In this document: one piece after another, positions 9,860-19,503 of the stretch | Numbering within the stretch: the first letter of the stretch is position 1 | Layout of the letters: each line of letters starts with the position of its first letter | Assembly: GCA_029907755.1 (NCBI GenBank) | Contig: JARYLH010000002.1 | Coordinates: forward strand, 1-38,082 | Direction of reading: 5' to 3' | Source of the DNA: Candidatus Methanosuratincola sp. | Lineage (GTDB): Archaea; Thermoproteota; Methanomethylicia; Methanomethylicales; Methanomethylicaceae | Length of the DNA stretch: 38,082 nt | Program-made: the position numbers and the translations under genes | Notes under the pieces: model-generated | The model's database searches: none | Told to the model about the DNA's origin: nothing | Seen by the model: only the letters and a program-made list of their open reading frames with translations

Positions 9860-12019
9860 ATGACTGAGAGAAAATCAATAGAGCTTGAAGTTGCGGAGGC
9901 GCGCACCCGGGATGTGGGTCGGGCCTTGGCTAGGCTCAACCGACAGACGATGAGCAGGCTCGGGTTGAGGCCTGGCGACTTCATAGAAGTGGAGGGGAAG
10001 CGGCGGACCGTCGCCATAGCGTGGCCCGCGTACGCTGAGGACGAGGATCACGAAATAATCAGGATTGATGGGATAATACGGCACAACACCGGGACCTCCA
10101 TTGGCGACACTGTGAAGGTCTCGAGGGTCGAGCTCAAGCCCGCCTCAAAGATAGTGCTCGCCCCGACAGAGCCGATAAGGTTCAGCTCTGACTTCGGAAT
10201 GTACGTGAGGCAGATCCTTGAAGACAAGCCGCTGAGCAAAGGCGATACAGTTATGGTGCCGATCCTAGGCGAGGCCCTTAGGCTCGTAGTCGCATCGATA
10301 CAGCCAGAACAATCAGGATACGTCACGGAGGAATCGGAGGTCGTCGTGAAGGAGGAGCCGGTAAAGGAGATCGACACCTCCAGGCCTAAGGTATCCTACG
10401 AGGACATCGGAGGGCTCGCGGACGCAAAGGAAAAGATAAGGGAGATGATAGAGCTCCCGATGCGCCACCCTGAGCTCTTCAAGCACCTCGGCATAGAGCC
10501 CCCTAAGGGTGTGCTGATGTACGGCCCTCCGGGCTGCGGCAAGACGCTCCTCGCGAAGGCGGTCGCAAACGAGTCAGGCGCCAACTTCATCACCATCAAC
10601 GGCCCGGAGATCATGAGCAAGTTCTACGGCGAGTCGGAGCAGAAGCTCAGGGGGATCTTCGAGGAGGCCGAGAAGAACGCTCCTAGCATCATATTCATTG
10701 ACGAGATCGACTCGATCGCGCCTAAAAGGGAAGAGGTATCTGGCGAGGTCGAGAGGCGCGTCGTCGCCCAGCTGCTCGCGCTCATGGATGGGCTCAAGAG
10801 CAGGGGCCAGGTCGTTGTGATAGCCGCTACCAACCGTCCTGACGCGTTGGACCCCGCCCTGAGAAGGCCAGGCAGGTTCGACCGCGAACTTGCCATATCG
10901 ATGCCCGACAAGAAGGGGAGGCAGGAGATCCTCCAGGTCCACGTAAGGGGCATGCCACTAAGCGAGGACGTAAAGATCGATGAGATCGCTGCCATGACGC
11001 ACGGCTACAGCGGGGCTGACCTGGCTGCGCTCACCAGGGAGGCCGCGATGCGGGCACTGAGGCGGTTCCTCCCGAAGCTTGACCTCCAGAAGCAGACGAT
11101 ACCCGCCTCGATCCTGAATTCGCTGAAGGTCTCCAAGGCTGACTTCCTCGAGGCGATGAAAGACATAACCCCCTCTGCGCTCAGGGAGGTCTACGTGGAG
11201 GTTCCTGAGGTCCACTGGGATGACGTTGGCGGCCTCGCAGACGTGAAGAGGCAGCTGCAGGAGATGGTCGAGTGGCCCCTGAAGCACCCTGAGCTCTTCG
11301 AGCAGATGGGCATCGAGCCGCCGAAGGGCATCCTGCTCTACGGCCCGCCAGGCACGGGCAAGACGCTCCTCGCGAAGGCTGCAGCCACCGAGAGTCAGGC
11401 CAACTTCATCAGCGTCAAGGGGCCCGAGGTCCTCAGCAAGTGGGTCGGCGAGTCCGAGAAAGCGATCAGGGAGATCTTCAAGAAGGCAAGGCAGGCTGCA
11501 CCGTGCATTGTATTCTTCGACGAGCTGGACTCCATCGCTCCGAGGAGGGGCGGCCACACAGACTCGGGGGTCACCGAGAGGATGGTCAACCAGATCCTCT
11601 CAGAGATGGATGGGCTTGTCTCCCTGAAGAACGTCGTTGTCATTGGTGCGACCAACAGGCCGGAGCTCATCGACCCGGCGCTGCTCAGGCCAGGGCGATT
11701 CGACAGATCCGTCTATATACCGATACCCGACAGGGCTGCCAGGGAGGAGATCTTCAAGGTCCACACGAAGAAGATGCCACTTGACGAGGGCGTTGACCTG
11801 AAATTACTGGCAGAAAAGACCGAGGGCTACACCGGTGCTGACATAGCTGCGGTCTGCCGCGAGGCTGCGCTGAGCGCCCTCAGGGAGGACATGAAACCGA
11901 AGAAGATCCAGATGAAGCACTTCGAGTCCGCCCTCAAGGCCATACGGCCGAGCGTCTCCAAGGAGGACCTGCTCAGATACGACGACTCGAAAAAGATGCT
12001 AGGGAAGATGTTCGTCTAG
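9860..12019 (+). CDS. cdc48: CDC48/VCP-type AAA+ ATPase (N domain plus two AAA modules)
   Basis: Two Walker A motifs ([30 protein letters not shown]), two Walker B motifs ([16 protein letters not shown]), and a CDC48 N-domain-like start (LEVAEA...GRALARL). 719 aa. Confidence 0.9.
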   Translation: MTERKSIELEVAEARTRDVGRALARLNRQTMSRLGLRPGDFIEVEGKRRTVAIAWPAYAEDEDHEIIRIDGIIRHNTGTSIGDTVKVSRVELKPASKIVLAPTEPIRFSSDFGMYVRQILEDKPLSKGDTVMVPILGEALRLVVASIQPEQSGYVTEESEVVVKEEPVKEIDTSRPKVSYEDIGGLADAKEKIREMIELPMRHPELFKHLGIEPPKGVLMYGPPGCGKTLLAKAVANESGANFITINGPEIMSKFYGESEQKLRGIFEEAEKNAPSIIFIDEIDSIAPKREEVSGEVERRVVAQLLALMDGLKSRGQVVVIAATNRPDALDPALRRPGRFDRELAISMPDKKGRQEILQVHVRGMPLSEDVKIDEIAAMTHGYSGADLAALTREAAMRALRRFLPKLDLQKQTIPASILNSLKVSKADFLEAMKDITPSALREVYVEVPEVHWDDVGGLADVKRQLQEMVEWPLKHPELFEQMGIEPPKGILLYGPPGTGKTLLAKAAATESQANFISVKGPEVLSKWVGESEKAIREIFKKARQAAPCIVFFDELDSIAPRRGGHTDSGVTERMVNQILSEMDGLVSLKNVVVIGATNRPELIDPALLRPGRFDRSVYIPIPDRAAREEIFKVHTKKMPLDEGVDLKLLAEKTEGYTGADIAAVCREAALSALREDMKPKKIQMKHFESALKAIRPSVSKEDLLRYDDSKKMLGKMFV

Positions 12020-12047
12020 GCGGACATCCCTCTCTTTCTCCCCTACA

Positions 12048-12055
12048 TTTTTTTT
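12048..12055 (+). terminator. T8 run downstream of cdc48
   Basis: TTTTTTTT lies 29 nt after the cdc48 stop, in a convergent intergenic spacer. Confidence 0.45.
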
Positions 12056-12074
12056 GCGGCCTAGTACTTCTAGT

Positions 12075-13643
12075 TCATTGGGGTTGCATTCCTTTCATCC
12101 GTTTGGAATAGATCCTGTTGAGGCTCTCCATTATGGCGTTCACTGAGGCCATCACGATGTCCCCCCCTACGGCGAGCCCCATGGCGGTCCTCCCGTCCTT
12201 GTCCTCTGTCATTACCTCGACTGTGCAGAGCGAGTCCGTCCCGCCTGAGATGGCTTCGAGCTTGTAGTTCAGGAGCCTGATCTCCTCGCCGAGCGCTGAC
12301 TGGATCGCCTTCGCGAGGGCATCGACTGGGCCGGTCCCTATCCCGGCGGCTACGCGCCTCTGGTTGTTGTGGGTGAGCTGGACCGATGCCGTTGGCGTTA
12401 TCTTGTTCCCCGTTACGACGAGTATCTCGTCGAGCCTCACGAGCCTCTCGGCATCCGGGACTCTCCCGAGCACCTCGTTCACGACTGCGTTGACATCCTC
12501 CTCGATTATCTTCTTCTTATGGATGGCGAGCGACCTTACCTTCTCTACGACTGCCGCGATCTGCTCGTCGGTTAGGTTGTACTTCTCCTTGACGAAGTTG
12601 GCTACGCCGTGCTTGCCAGTGTGCTTCCCCATCACTATCTTCCTCTTCTGGCCTACCATCTCGGGCGTTAGCGGCTCGTAGCTCTCTGCCTTCGCGAGGA
12701 CCCCGTGAACGTGGATTCCTGCCTCGTGCGCGAAGGCATTGTTCCCCACTATGGGGAAGTTCGGTGGCAGGGAGATCATGCTAGCCCTCTCCACCACCGT
12801 TGATGCCTCCTTCAAGAGATTGAGCCTTATGCCCGTCTTGACCCCGTACATCGCATGGAGGGCGGTGACCGTCTGCTCGAGGCTCGCATTCCCAGCCCTC
12901 TCTCCAAGGCCGTTGACAGTTACGTGAACCTGGGAGGCCCCTGCCTTTACCCCTGCCAGGGTGTTGGCTACTGCCAGCCCGAAGTCGTTGTGGCAGTGCA
13001 TCGATACTGGCTTCTTGAGCGCCGCCTTCAGCCTACTTATGAGTTCGGACATCGCCTCGGGCTCCATCACACCGACCGTGTCAGGGACGTTGTGCACATC
13101 AGCCCCGCGCTCCTCGACCGAGGTATAGAAGCGCAAGAGCCTCTCAATGGGGGTCCTGGTCGCGTCCTCGCAGGAGAACTCGCACTCGAGCCCGTGGGCC
13201 TTGACGTATTCCGTCGCGGCAAGTGCCTGCTCAAGCGCTTTGCTTTCGTCCATCCTGAGCTTGTACTTGAGGTGGATGTCAGATGTCGCGATGAAGATGT
13301 GGACGCGGTCCACCTCGCTGCTGATGCAGGCGTCTATGTCCCTTGTCACGCACCTTGCAAGGCCGCATATCTTGGCCTTCAGCCCCTCCCTCTTGATCTT
13401 CCTGACCGTGCTGCACTCCTCATCCGAGTTGACTGGGAAACCTGCCTCGATCACGTCCACCCCGAGCTCGTCCAGCTTCCTTGCGATCTCTATCTTCTCC
13501 TCGAGGGTGAAGCAGACCCCCGGCGTCTGCTCGCCGTCCCTGAGCGTTGTGTCGAGGACCTGGACCCTCTCCGGGAGATTCGATCTCGCCCTGATTGGCT
13601 CGATGAAGTTGCTGACGAAGACCCCTTCCATACTCCACACCAT
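12075..13643 (-). CDS. 2-isopropylmalate synthase / (R)-citramalate synthase family enzyme
   Basis: [48 protein letters not shown], and a C-terminal LeuA-dimer-type regulatory domain. I cannot separate LeuA from CimA by eye. An alternative ATG lies at 13631. Confidence 0.8.
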   Translation of the reverse strand: MVWSMEGVFVSNFIEPIRARSNLPERVQVLDTTLRDGEQTPGVCFTLEEKIEIARKLDELGVDVIEAGFPVNSDEECSTVRKIKREGLKAKICGLARCVTRDIDACISSEVDRVHIFIATSDIHLKYKLRMDESKALEQALAATEYVKAHGLECEFSCEDATRTPIERLLRFYTSVEERGADVHNVPDTVGVMEPEAMSELISRLKAALKKPVSMHCHNDFGLAVANTLAGVKAGASQVHVTVNGLGERAGNASLEQTVTALHAMYGVKTGIRLNLLKEASTVVERASMISLPPNFPIVGNNAFAHEAGIHVHGVLAKAESYEPLTPEMVGQKRKIVMGKHTGKHGVANFVKEKYNLTDEQIAAVVEKVRSLAIHKKKIIEEDVNAVVNEVLGRVPDAERLVRLDEILVVTGNKITPTASVQLTHNNQRRVAAGIGTGPVDALAKAIQSALGEEIRLLNYKLEAISGGTDSLCTVEVMTEDKDGRTAMGLAVGGDIVMASVNAIMESLNRIYSKRMKGMQPQ

Positions 13644-13846
13644 AGGAGAGATAAGATCCGCTCCCTCTTATTTAACACGGTCGGCGGAGATCTGATCCTT
13701 CATCCATCGGATATAGTCCGACTACATCAGCGGGTGCAGTACCCGCATGAACGTTTCACAATCCATTCAAATCCCGTGATGCCTTCTGCTCTGGGGCAAA
13801 GATTTAAGATTAAAGGTCGAATATGTATGTTGTAGCTGGTGAAAAA

Positions 13847-14224
13847 ATGACCAAGACCCTTAAGGAGAAATTCGACAAGAAGATGGGTTTCACACCTGCG
13901 ATAATGCACATAGCTGCCGAGATAGACCCGAAGATGGCCGAGTTCTACAATTTCTGCGACTCGGCGGTCCAGGAGGACGGTGCCCTCCCGTCCAAGTTCA
14001 AGATGCTACTCATAATGGCGATGGGTGCACAGCGCCACTGCAAAGAGTGCGTCGTGTCAGCCATGAGGGGCGCGCACAACAAGGGGGCCACCGACGCCGA
14101 GATAATCGAGGCCATACGCGTAGTTGCAGTAGCCGGTGGAGCGCCCGCGATCACTGCCTGCAAGGATGCCCTCCAGATGCTCAAGGACAAGTCCTTCGAG
14201 AAGATGGGCTGCGGGACAAAGTAA
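13847..14224 (+). CDS. Carboxymuconolactone decarboxylase (AhpD-like) family protein
   Basis: CxxC-containing helix (QRHCKECVVSAMRGAHNKGATDAEIIEAI) is typical of the CMD/AhpD fold. ATG 13847 is preceded by GGTGA; the track start is 13823. Confidence 0.65.
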   Translation: MTKTLKEKFDKKMGFTPAIMHIAAEIDPKMAEFYNFCDSAVQEDGALPSKFKMLLIMAMGAQRHCKECVVSAMRGAHNKGATDAEIIEAIRVVAVAGGAPAITACKDALQMLKDKSFEKMGCGTK

Positions 14225-14272
14225 TCGTTTCTTTCCACTTCTACCCTTTTCTTTTACTTTTTCGGACTCGGT

Positions 14273-14824
14273 CTACTCGTAAAGCACGTCCAGATCCTTT
14301 AGCTTCTGGTAAATCTTGTCTGCTGCTACCCTTACTTCGTCTTCCTGCTTCGCCCCTGTGCACACCATCTTCCCCGACGAGAAGATCAGCAGAACGACCT
14401 TGGGGGAGTCCATCCTGTAGATCAGCCCCGGGAACTGCTCGGGCTCGTACATCACGTTCTCGAGCAGGAAAGCCGCCTTCTCAAGGTTCACTTCTGCATT
14501 GAGGTTGGCCGAGGCAACGATGTTCTGAATCATTATCTCTGGGGTGCCTATTATCACGATGTTCCTGTCCTTCAGATTCTTTATTATCTTCTTGACGGCA
14601 TTGTGCACTTCCTTTATTGACTTCGCCCCTGTGCACACCATCTTCCCCGACGAGAAGATCAGCGTTGCAGTCCTCGGCTTCGAGATCCTGTAAACGAGCC
14701 CCGGGAACTGCTCAGGATTGTACTCCACCCCTGGCACATTCCCCGAGATCGCATCGAGATCTATGGTCTGGTTCATTGTCACAGAGGCGACGACATTCTC
14801 TATCCTGACGGATGGCTTGATCAT
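14273..14824 (-). CDS. tbp: TATA-box binding protein
   Basis: It has two TBP repeats. Each contains IxNIVAS, EQFPGLxYR and [28 protein letters not shown] (ATG 14824) is the likely N-terminus; the track start is 14848. Confidence 0.9.
   Translation of the reverse strand: MIKPSVRIENVVASVTMNQTIDLDAISGNVPGVEYNPEQFPGLVYRISKPRTATLIFSSGKMVCTGAKSIKEVHNAVKKIIKNLKDRNIVIIGTPEIMIQNIVASANLNAEVNLEKAAFLLENVMYEPEQFPGLIYRMDSPKVVLLIFSSGKMVCTGAKQEDEVRVAADKIYQKLKDLDVLYE
14348..14390. repeat. Intragenic 43-bp perfect direct repeat, copy 1 (second TBP repeat)
   Basis: CTTCGCCCCTGTGCACACCATCTTCCCCGACGAGAAGATCAGC is identical to 14621-14663. The 273-nt offset is in frame. Confidence 0.9.
14621..14663. repeat. Intragenic 43-bp perfect direct repeat, copy 2 (first TBP repeat)
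   Basis: Identical to 14348-14390. Both copies encode [14 protein letters not shown] on the minus strand. Confidence 0.9.
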
Positions 14825-14874
14825 TATGTTGCCCACCGAACAAAACAACTAGGTTTAAAGTTTTTTAATCTGGT

Positions 14875-14882
14875 TTATAAAG
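14875..14882 (-). promoter_or_regulatory. TATA box candidate for tbp
   Basis: TTTATAAA with an A-rich BRE-like flank on the minus strand. It is about 27-58 nt upstream of the two candidate tbp starts. Confidence 0.45.
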
Positions 14883-14893
14883 CTTTTTTATTT

Positions 14894-15481
14894 CTAAACA
14901 GACCCTTCCACTTTTTTTGCGTTCTCTTTTTCGCCAGAAGGCAGTATTATTATGATTATTATTGTCAGGATCACAAGCGAGACGCGCCAGATGTTCTTGA
15001 ACCAAAGGAATGGATAGCCAAGGTATGGTATTGAAAAGACAACTTTGCCTATTATCCTGTCTTCAGGAACCCAGCTCAGCGGGTTTGAAGGGCTCTGGTC
15101 AGGGTATGCGTTAGCATCCCCCTTGGTCAGGAAGTAGTAGGTCCCGTCCACCTCAACTTTTTCTATGACCCTGTGGGAGATCGGAAGTGGATCATACGAT
15201 GTGAATATGAAATAGTCCGCAACGCGCGTCCCTGGCTGCACATATATCACCGTGTCTCCCACTGGGGGCGGGCCAGCCACGATCTCCGATGGATCCACTG
15301 CCTGCACGAAAATCAGCGAACCTGTAGGGATGTTGGGCTCCATACTCCCCGATTGCACGGCTGCGACTGGCAGGTTGGTCCCAGAGACGATCCTTATCGT
15401 GTAGACTCCCCCGATGAAGACTACAAAAAATATTAGGGCTGTTATCAGTGTTGCCCTGAAGTTTAGACCCATTCCAATCAC
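14894..15481 (-). CDS. Signal peptidase I, archaeal/ER (Sec11) type
   Basis: An N-terminal TM helix, the catalytic-Ser box QSGSMEPNIPTGSL, a His box (PISHRVIEKV) and a C-terminal TM helix. The GTG start overlaps the porB stop (GTGA); an alternative ATG lies at 15472. Confidence 0.8.
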   Translation of the reverse strand: MIGMGLNFRATLITALIFFVVFIGGVYTIRIVSGTNLPVAAVQSGSMEPNIPTGSLIFVQAVDPSEIVAGPPPVGDTVIYVQPGTRVADYFIFTSYDPLPISHRVIEKVEVDGTYYFLTKGDANAYPDQSPSNPLSWVPEDRIIGKVVFSIPYLGYPFLWFKNIWRVSLVILTIIIIIILPSGEKENAKKVEGSV

Positions 15482-16404
15482 TGCTGCTCCCTTAATGGGC
15501 CCATCCCGAACCTCTTCGCGAGCCTGTCCGCTTTTTCCTGTATCCTCTTGACCGTCTCCTCATCCAGGTGCCTGAACCGGCCCTGCGCCTTGAGGTACTT
15601 TGTGACCGGCTCCCTCCTGGGCACTTGCACAGTAAGTTTCACCTCTCCGTTGACGAACTCGTACAGCGGCCAAAGGCCCGTCAGGACCGCGAGCTTTCCG
15701 AGCTCGATGCTTTCGCTGGTTTCAGTCCTCCACCCTGTGGGGCACGGCGCGAGCACATGGATCAGAGCTGGCCCGTCAACGTCCAGCCCCCTCCTGACCT
15801 TGTTCATCAAGTCGAAGGGGTAAGATGGGCAGGCAGTGGCTGCGTAAGGGATCCCGTGCGCTATTGCGATGCCCACTAGGTCTTTCTTCTCGGTCCTCTG
15901 CCCAATCGATCGCTTCCCGGGCGGCGACGTCGTTGTCGCTGCACCGAACGGCGTGGCTGAGCTGCGCTGAATGCCAGTGTTCATGTATGCCTCGTTGTCG
16001 TAGCAGATGTACAAGATGTCGTCGCCCCTTTCCAGCGCTCCGCTGAGTGACTGGAGCCCGATGTCGAAGGTTCCGCCGTCACCGCCTATCGCGATCACAT
16101 CTGCCTTCTCCCCTGATTTGCCCTTCCTTTGCAGGACCTTCAGGGCATTCGATATGCCGGCCGCTACTGCTGCAGCGTTTTCGAAAGCGACATGGACCCA
16201 TGGCACCCTCCAGGCGCTCTGCGGGAAGTAGCTGGTGGAGACTTCCAGGCAGCTTGTAGGGCTCACGACGATCGTATCCCTTCCAGACGCCTTGAGGATC
16301 TGCCTCACCGCCGTCCCTGCAGCGCACCCCGCACAGAGCCTGTGCCCTGGTGCCAACAGCTCCTCTTTTGTAACGTCCTTGACAGATTTGAAGACCTTGC
16401 TCAT
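15478..16404 (-). CDS. porB: Pyruvate (2-oxoacid):ferredoxin oxidoreductase beta subunit
   Basis: Cys ligands (CAGCAAG...C), the TPP motif GGDGGTFDIGLQSL ... YDNEAYMNTG, and an ATGA overlap with porA. Confidence 0.85.
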   Translation of the reverse strand: MSKVFKSVKDVTKEELLAPGHRLCAGCAAGTAVRQILKASGRDTIVVSPTSCLEVSTSYFPQSAWRVPWVHVAFENAAAVAAGISNALKVLQRKGKSGEKADVIAIGGDGGTFDIGLQSLSGALERGDDILYICYDNEAYMNTGIQRSSATPFGAATTTSPPGKRSIGQRTEKKDLVGIAIAHGIPYAATACPSYPFDLMNKVRRGLDVDGPALIHVLAPCPTGWRTETSESIELGKLAVLTGLWPLYEFVNGEVKLTVQVPRREPVTKYLKAQGRFRHLDEETVKRIQEKADRLAKRFGMGPLREQQ

Positions 16405-17567
16405 TCTCTCAGCCCCACGTAAATGCAGCGCCCTGCCCCCTCTCTGGCAGCTTTTTCGGTCGCGCTGTACATCAGTCTGAAGTCATCCTGCCTGATATCT
16501 CTGCCCCCGAGACCTGCCACGAAGCCCTGGATAGCCGGCCTCTCCGGCATGTCGTAGAGTGCGGCGGCTATCTCGTTGTAGAGGGGGTTCCCGACACCTC
16601 CCGGGGCCGTCGCCCTGTCCACCACGCCGACCGCCTTTATGCCCTCGACTGCCCTCCTGATCTCCTGGATCGGGAAAGGCCTGAATAGCCTCAGGGATAT
16701 GACGCCTACCTTCTTGCCCTCCTCGCGGAGGGAGTTGGCGACCTCCTTGGCCGAGCCGAAGATAGACCCCATGACTATCAGAGCGGCTTCCGCCCCATCC
16801 ATTCCGTATGCCTCGATCTCCCCGTAGCTCTTCCCGAACCTGGAGTTGAATTCCTTGTCGATCTCCTTGATCTTCAGCCTGCTCTTCTCGATCGCGTCTA
16901 TTGCCTGGTACTTCATCTCGTAGTAGTATTCGGGCGGCCCCACGACCCCGACTGCGTGGGCTTTCTTAGTAGAGACCCTGTTCTCGAGGGGTCTTGAGGG
17001 TATGAACTTCCTGACCTCATCCTCGTCTGCCAGCTCGACCGGCTCATACATGTGGCTGAGTATGAAGCCGTCCAAGTTCACCATCACCGGGAGGCGGGTC
17101 TCCTCCGCGATCTTGAAGGCCTCGATCGTGGTGTCGAAGGCCTCCTGCGCCGACCTGACCCATAGCTGTATACAGCCCGCGTCCCTCTGAGCCATCGCGT
17201 CCGAATGGTCGTTCCAGATGTTCAGGGGGGCGGAGAGCGCCCTGTTGACATTTGCCATCACGATGGGGGTCCTCAGCGCCGATGCCATGAAGAGTATCTC
17301 GTGCATCAGCGCCAGCCCCTGCGAGGAGGTGGCAGTGAAGACCCTGGCCCCTGTCAGCGAGGCCCCTACGCAGGCGCTCATTGCGGAGTGCTCCGACTCG
17401 ACGTTCATGTAGCTCGCGTCAAGCTCCCCGTTCGCCACAAACTCAGAGAGCTTCTCCACGATCGTCGTCTGTGGCGTGATCGGATACGCGGCGATCATGT
17501 CGACATCTGCCATCTTGACCGCGTACGCCACAGCGTAATTGCCGCTGATCCCGACCCTTCTGGCCAT
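16401..17567 (-). CDS. porA: Pyruvate (2-oxoacid):ferredoxin oxidoreductase alpha subunit
   Basis: GNYAVAYAVKMADVDMIAAYPITPQT... is a typical PorA N-terminus. 388 aa, positioned between the delta and beta subunits. Confidence 0.85.
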   Translation of the reverse strand: MARRVGISGNYAVAYAVKMADVDMIAAYPITPQTTIVEKLSEFVANGELDASYMNVESEHSAMSACVGASLTGARVFTATSSQGLALMHEILFMASALRTPIVMANVNRALSAPLNIWNDHSDAMAQRDAGCIQLWVRSAQEAFDTTIEAFKIAEETRLPVMVNLDGFILSHMYEPVELADEDEVRKFIPSRPLENRVSTKKAHAVGVVGPPEYYYEMKYQAIDAIEKSRLKIKEIDKEFNSRFGKSYGEIEAYGMDGAEAALIVMGSIFGSAKEVANSLREEGKKVGVISLRLFRPFPIQEIRRAVEGIKAVGVVDRATAPGGVGNPLYNEIAAALYDMPERPAIQGFVAGLGGRDIRQDDFRLMYSATEKAAREGAGRCIYVGLRE

Positions 17568-17863
17568 CAGTGCCCCTCCTTAACCATCGTAATAGCCTTG
17601 GGCGCGCACCCCTTCGCGCAGATCCCGCAGCCCTTGCAGTATGACAGGTTGACTCGGTAGTTCCCCGCCTCGTCAATCTCAATGGCGGAATCTGGGCAAT
17701 AGAGGAAGCACATCCCGCACTTTGTGCACTTGTTCTGGTCAATTACGGGACTGGAAGTCCTCCAGGCCGTCACGTCAAAGTTAACCGAGCTCCCGGGCTC
17801 TGTAATGGCGCACCCCTCCGGGATCTCCTTCCATCCCTTGAGCGTGGTTTTCACGCACTTCAT
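17567..17863 (-). CDS. porD: Pyruvate (2-oxoacid):ferredoxin oxidoreductase delta subunit (2x[4Fe-4S])
   Basis: CTKCGMCFLYCP and CKGCGICAKGCP motifs; 98 aa. Confidence 0.85.
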   Translation of the reverse strand: MKCVKTTLKGWKEIPEGCAITEPGSSVNFDVTAWRTSSPVIDQNKCTKCGMCFLYCPDSAIEIDEAGNYRVNLSYCKGCGICAKGCAPKAITMVKEGH

Positions 17864-18423
17864 TTTTTACCACCCGCCTCAAATACTACCGTCTCTTCGA
17901 ATGCCCTCCTCACAGCGTTGATGTTCTTCTCCGCATATTGCTTGAACTTCTGCCTCATGACCTCCTCGAGGGTTTCCAGCCCCACTACGCCAGTCGCCCT
18001 GACCAGTGCCCCTAGGATAGCCGTGTTAGTTATCGGCGAGCCCAGCTCCCTGAGGGCGATCTCGGTCGCGTCGACTACAGCAATCTTCCCTGCGTTGCCG
18101 AAGACCTGCAGGTAGTCTTCCGCTTTCTGGTCGGTGTTGAGCACAACAATGCCGTTGTCCTTCAGCCCGTCGCCAACCCCCTCCATGGTGCAGAGGTTCT
18201 TGTCGAGCACGACTATGATGTCGGGCTCATAGATCTGGCATCTGGTCAGAATCTCCTTATCGCTTATCCTTGTGAACGCTAGGACGGGCGCCCCCCTCCT
18301 TTCCGGGCCGAATGCCGCAAATGCCTGTGCGTATTTGCCTTCGTTTATCACGCTTGTCGCCAGGATCTCTGCGGCTGTGACTGCACCCTGCCCGCCCCTG
18401 CCGTGCCACCTGATCTCGAGCAT
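17860..18423 (-). CDS. porG: Pyruvate (2-oxoacid):ferredoxin oxidoreductase gamma subunit
   Basis: IRWHGRGGQGAVTAAEIL motif; 187 aa. It is the first gene of a gamma-delta-alpha-beta operon. GGAG SD and an AT-rich box (about 18461-18476) lie upstream. POR versus VOR specificity cannot be resolved by eye. Confidence 0.8.
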   Translation of the reverse strand: MLEIRWHGRGGQGAVTAAEILATSVINEGKYAQAFAAFGPERRGAPVLAFTRISDKEILTRCQIYEPDIIVVLDKNLCTMEGVGDGLKDNGIVVLNTDQKAEDYLQVFGNAGKIAVVDATEIALRELGSPITNTAILGALVRATGVVGLETLEEVMRQKFKQYAEKNINAVRRAFEETVVFEAGGKK

Positions 18424-18839
18424 TATCCAAGCACTCCTGAATATGGGTAGTCAGTAGCCTACATTATTTTTAACTTTATCGGATAGAACTCTACAGACTT
18501 AGCCTTCTTCCTTCACATGTTGTCCTACAAAGCTGAAAACACTGCAGGGCATTTTTGAAGTTGAACAAAGGAGCAACGAGCAGAGAATAAAAACACGGCG
18601 GACTCATCGTGAGTATAACGACCAGCCCAGCATTCTCGGGCGGGGGTTGTGGGGGTTGGACGATCCTCAGATCCTGTGGAGAGGTAACCCCTGCTTGCGG
18701 TTACACCAAGCATCATCGTTGAAGCAGAAAGCCCCTTCAGATAGCGAGGGGCAGTTCGCCATTTACGGTCTTATCTTCGCCATCTATAATTGCCTATTTT
18801 GGCGGGTTTCGTTAAGGATACTTTTAAAATAGGGCATAG

Positions 18840-19295
18840 GTGATACCTACGTCGGTGAGCTCATTGAGCGAGAATGTCGCCTCCCCCAAACTCGGAGAGA
18901 TCAGGGCATTCCTGGATCAGGGAAAGCCGTTTGAGGTCAGATTTGAGGGTGATGAAGTGTGCGTCTCTGAAGCGAAGGGGGTAGTCAAGATTTCGCTGTC
19001 TAAGGAAGAGACAAAAGGCATAAGGGTGAGGAAGTCTGCAAGGAAGATCCCCTCTGCGCAGAAAGAATTCGTGATGAACTCTGCCAGCATCCTGATCCCA
19101 AAAAAAGTCCCCTTCAAAGTGACGTTCGGGCCGAAAGAGACGACTTTCAGGTTCGACCTTGACCGCTACATCCACATTTACCCTGATAAGTGTGCGGTCG
19201 TCGGCTTCAGGAGCTTGGAAGAACACCCCGTCTCACTTGTCAGAGCGCTGTTGTCCGCGTTCCCGAACCTAAAGGTATACGCGCCGAAGAGTTGA
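18840..19295 (+). CDS. Hypothetical protein (no recognisable motifs)
   Basis: 151-aa ORF starting at GTG. The start is uncertain because a TATA-like CTTTTAAAATA box lies only 10-20 nt upstream; in-frame GTG 18855 is an alternative. Confidence 0.4.
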   Translation: MIPTSVSSLSENVASPKLGEIRAFLDQGKPFEVRFEGDEVCVSEAKGVVKISLSKEETKGIRVRKSARKIPSAQKEFVMNSASILIPKKVPFKVTFGPKETTFRFDLDRYIHIYPDKCAVVGFRSLEEHPVSLVRALLSAFPNLKVYAPKS

Positions 19296-19489
19296 TCGCC
19301 TTGGAGATCAAGAACATCTTCTATTTGGCAGGTCTCATCCTGGTCTTCATCCCTGCCTTCTCATACGCCTACCTTTCCAGATACGGCATTTGGGGGCAGC
19401 CCCTCCTCCCGCAGATCCTGAGCATCGTCGTCTTCTGCATCGGGCTGGTTTTGATCCTCTTCGCAGAAAGTGGGAAGGGTAAAAGATAG
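19292..19489 (+). CDS. Possible small two-TM membrane protein
   Basis: A TTG start overlaps the stop of the upstream ORF (TTGA). The product has two hydrophobic helices (IFYLAGLILVFIPAFSYAYL, ILSIVVFCIGLVLILFA). No homology is recognisable. Confidence 0.3.
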   Translation: MIALEIKNIFYLAGLILVFIPAFSYAYLSRYGIWGQPLLPQILSIVVFCIGLVLILFAESGKGKR

Positions 19490-19503
19490 CGCTAGGAGAT
19501 CCG

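Noticed and set aside
13730-13746. Inverted repeat GCGGGT-gcagt-ACCCGC in the leuA/cimA to AhpD-like divergent spacer
   Set aside because: It is a short 6-bp stem that occurs once, with no positional relation to the TATA-like box at about 13802. Chance occurrence is plausible.
12855-13835. 326-aa plus-strand ORF overlapping the LeuA/CimA gene
   Set aside because: It is antisense to a gene with strong catalytic motifs and has a biased composition (Leu/Arg/Pro/Asp). I treat it as an artefact of the open antisense frame. The same reasoning applies to 10958..11557, 10574..10942 and 6520..7008.
14348-14663. The 43-bp repeat as a mobile-element remnant or CRISPR-like repeat
   Set aside because: There are only two copies, both inside tbp, exactly in frame (273-nt offset) and encoding the conserved TBP-repeat motif. 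I interpret it as intragenic homogenisation instead.
18667-18716. Possible minus-strand C/D-box sRNA (ATGATGC ... CTGA, 50 nt)
   Set aside because: The C box is imperfect (6/7). There are no internal D'/C' boxes and no terminal stem adjacent to the boxes. It is too weak to call without covariance-model support.
18525-18716. 63-aa minus-strand ORF, and the 61-aa plus-strand ORF at 18647..18832, in the long spacer
   Set aside because: Neither has an SD or TATA in the right place. Their composition is odd and they overlap each other. The region is better flagged as possibly non-coding RNA or leader.
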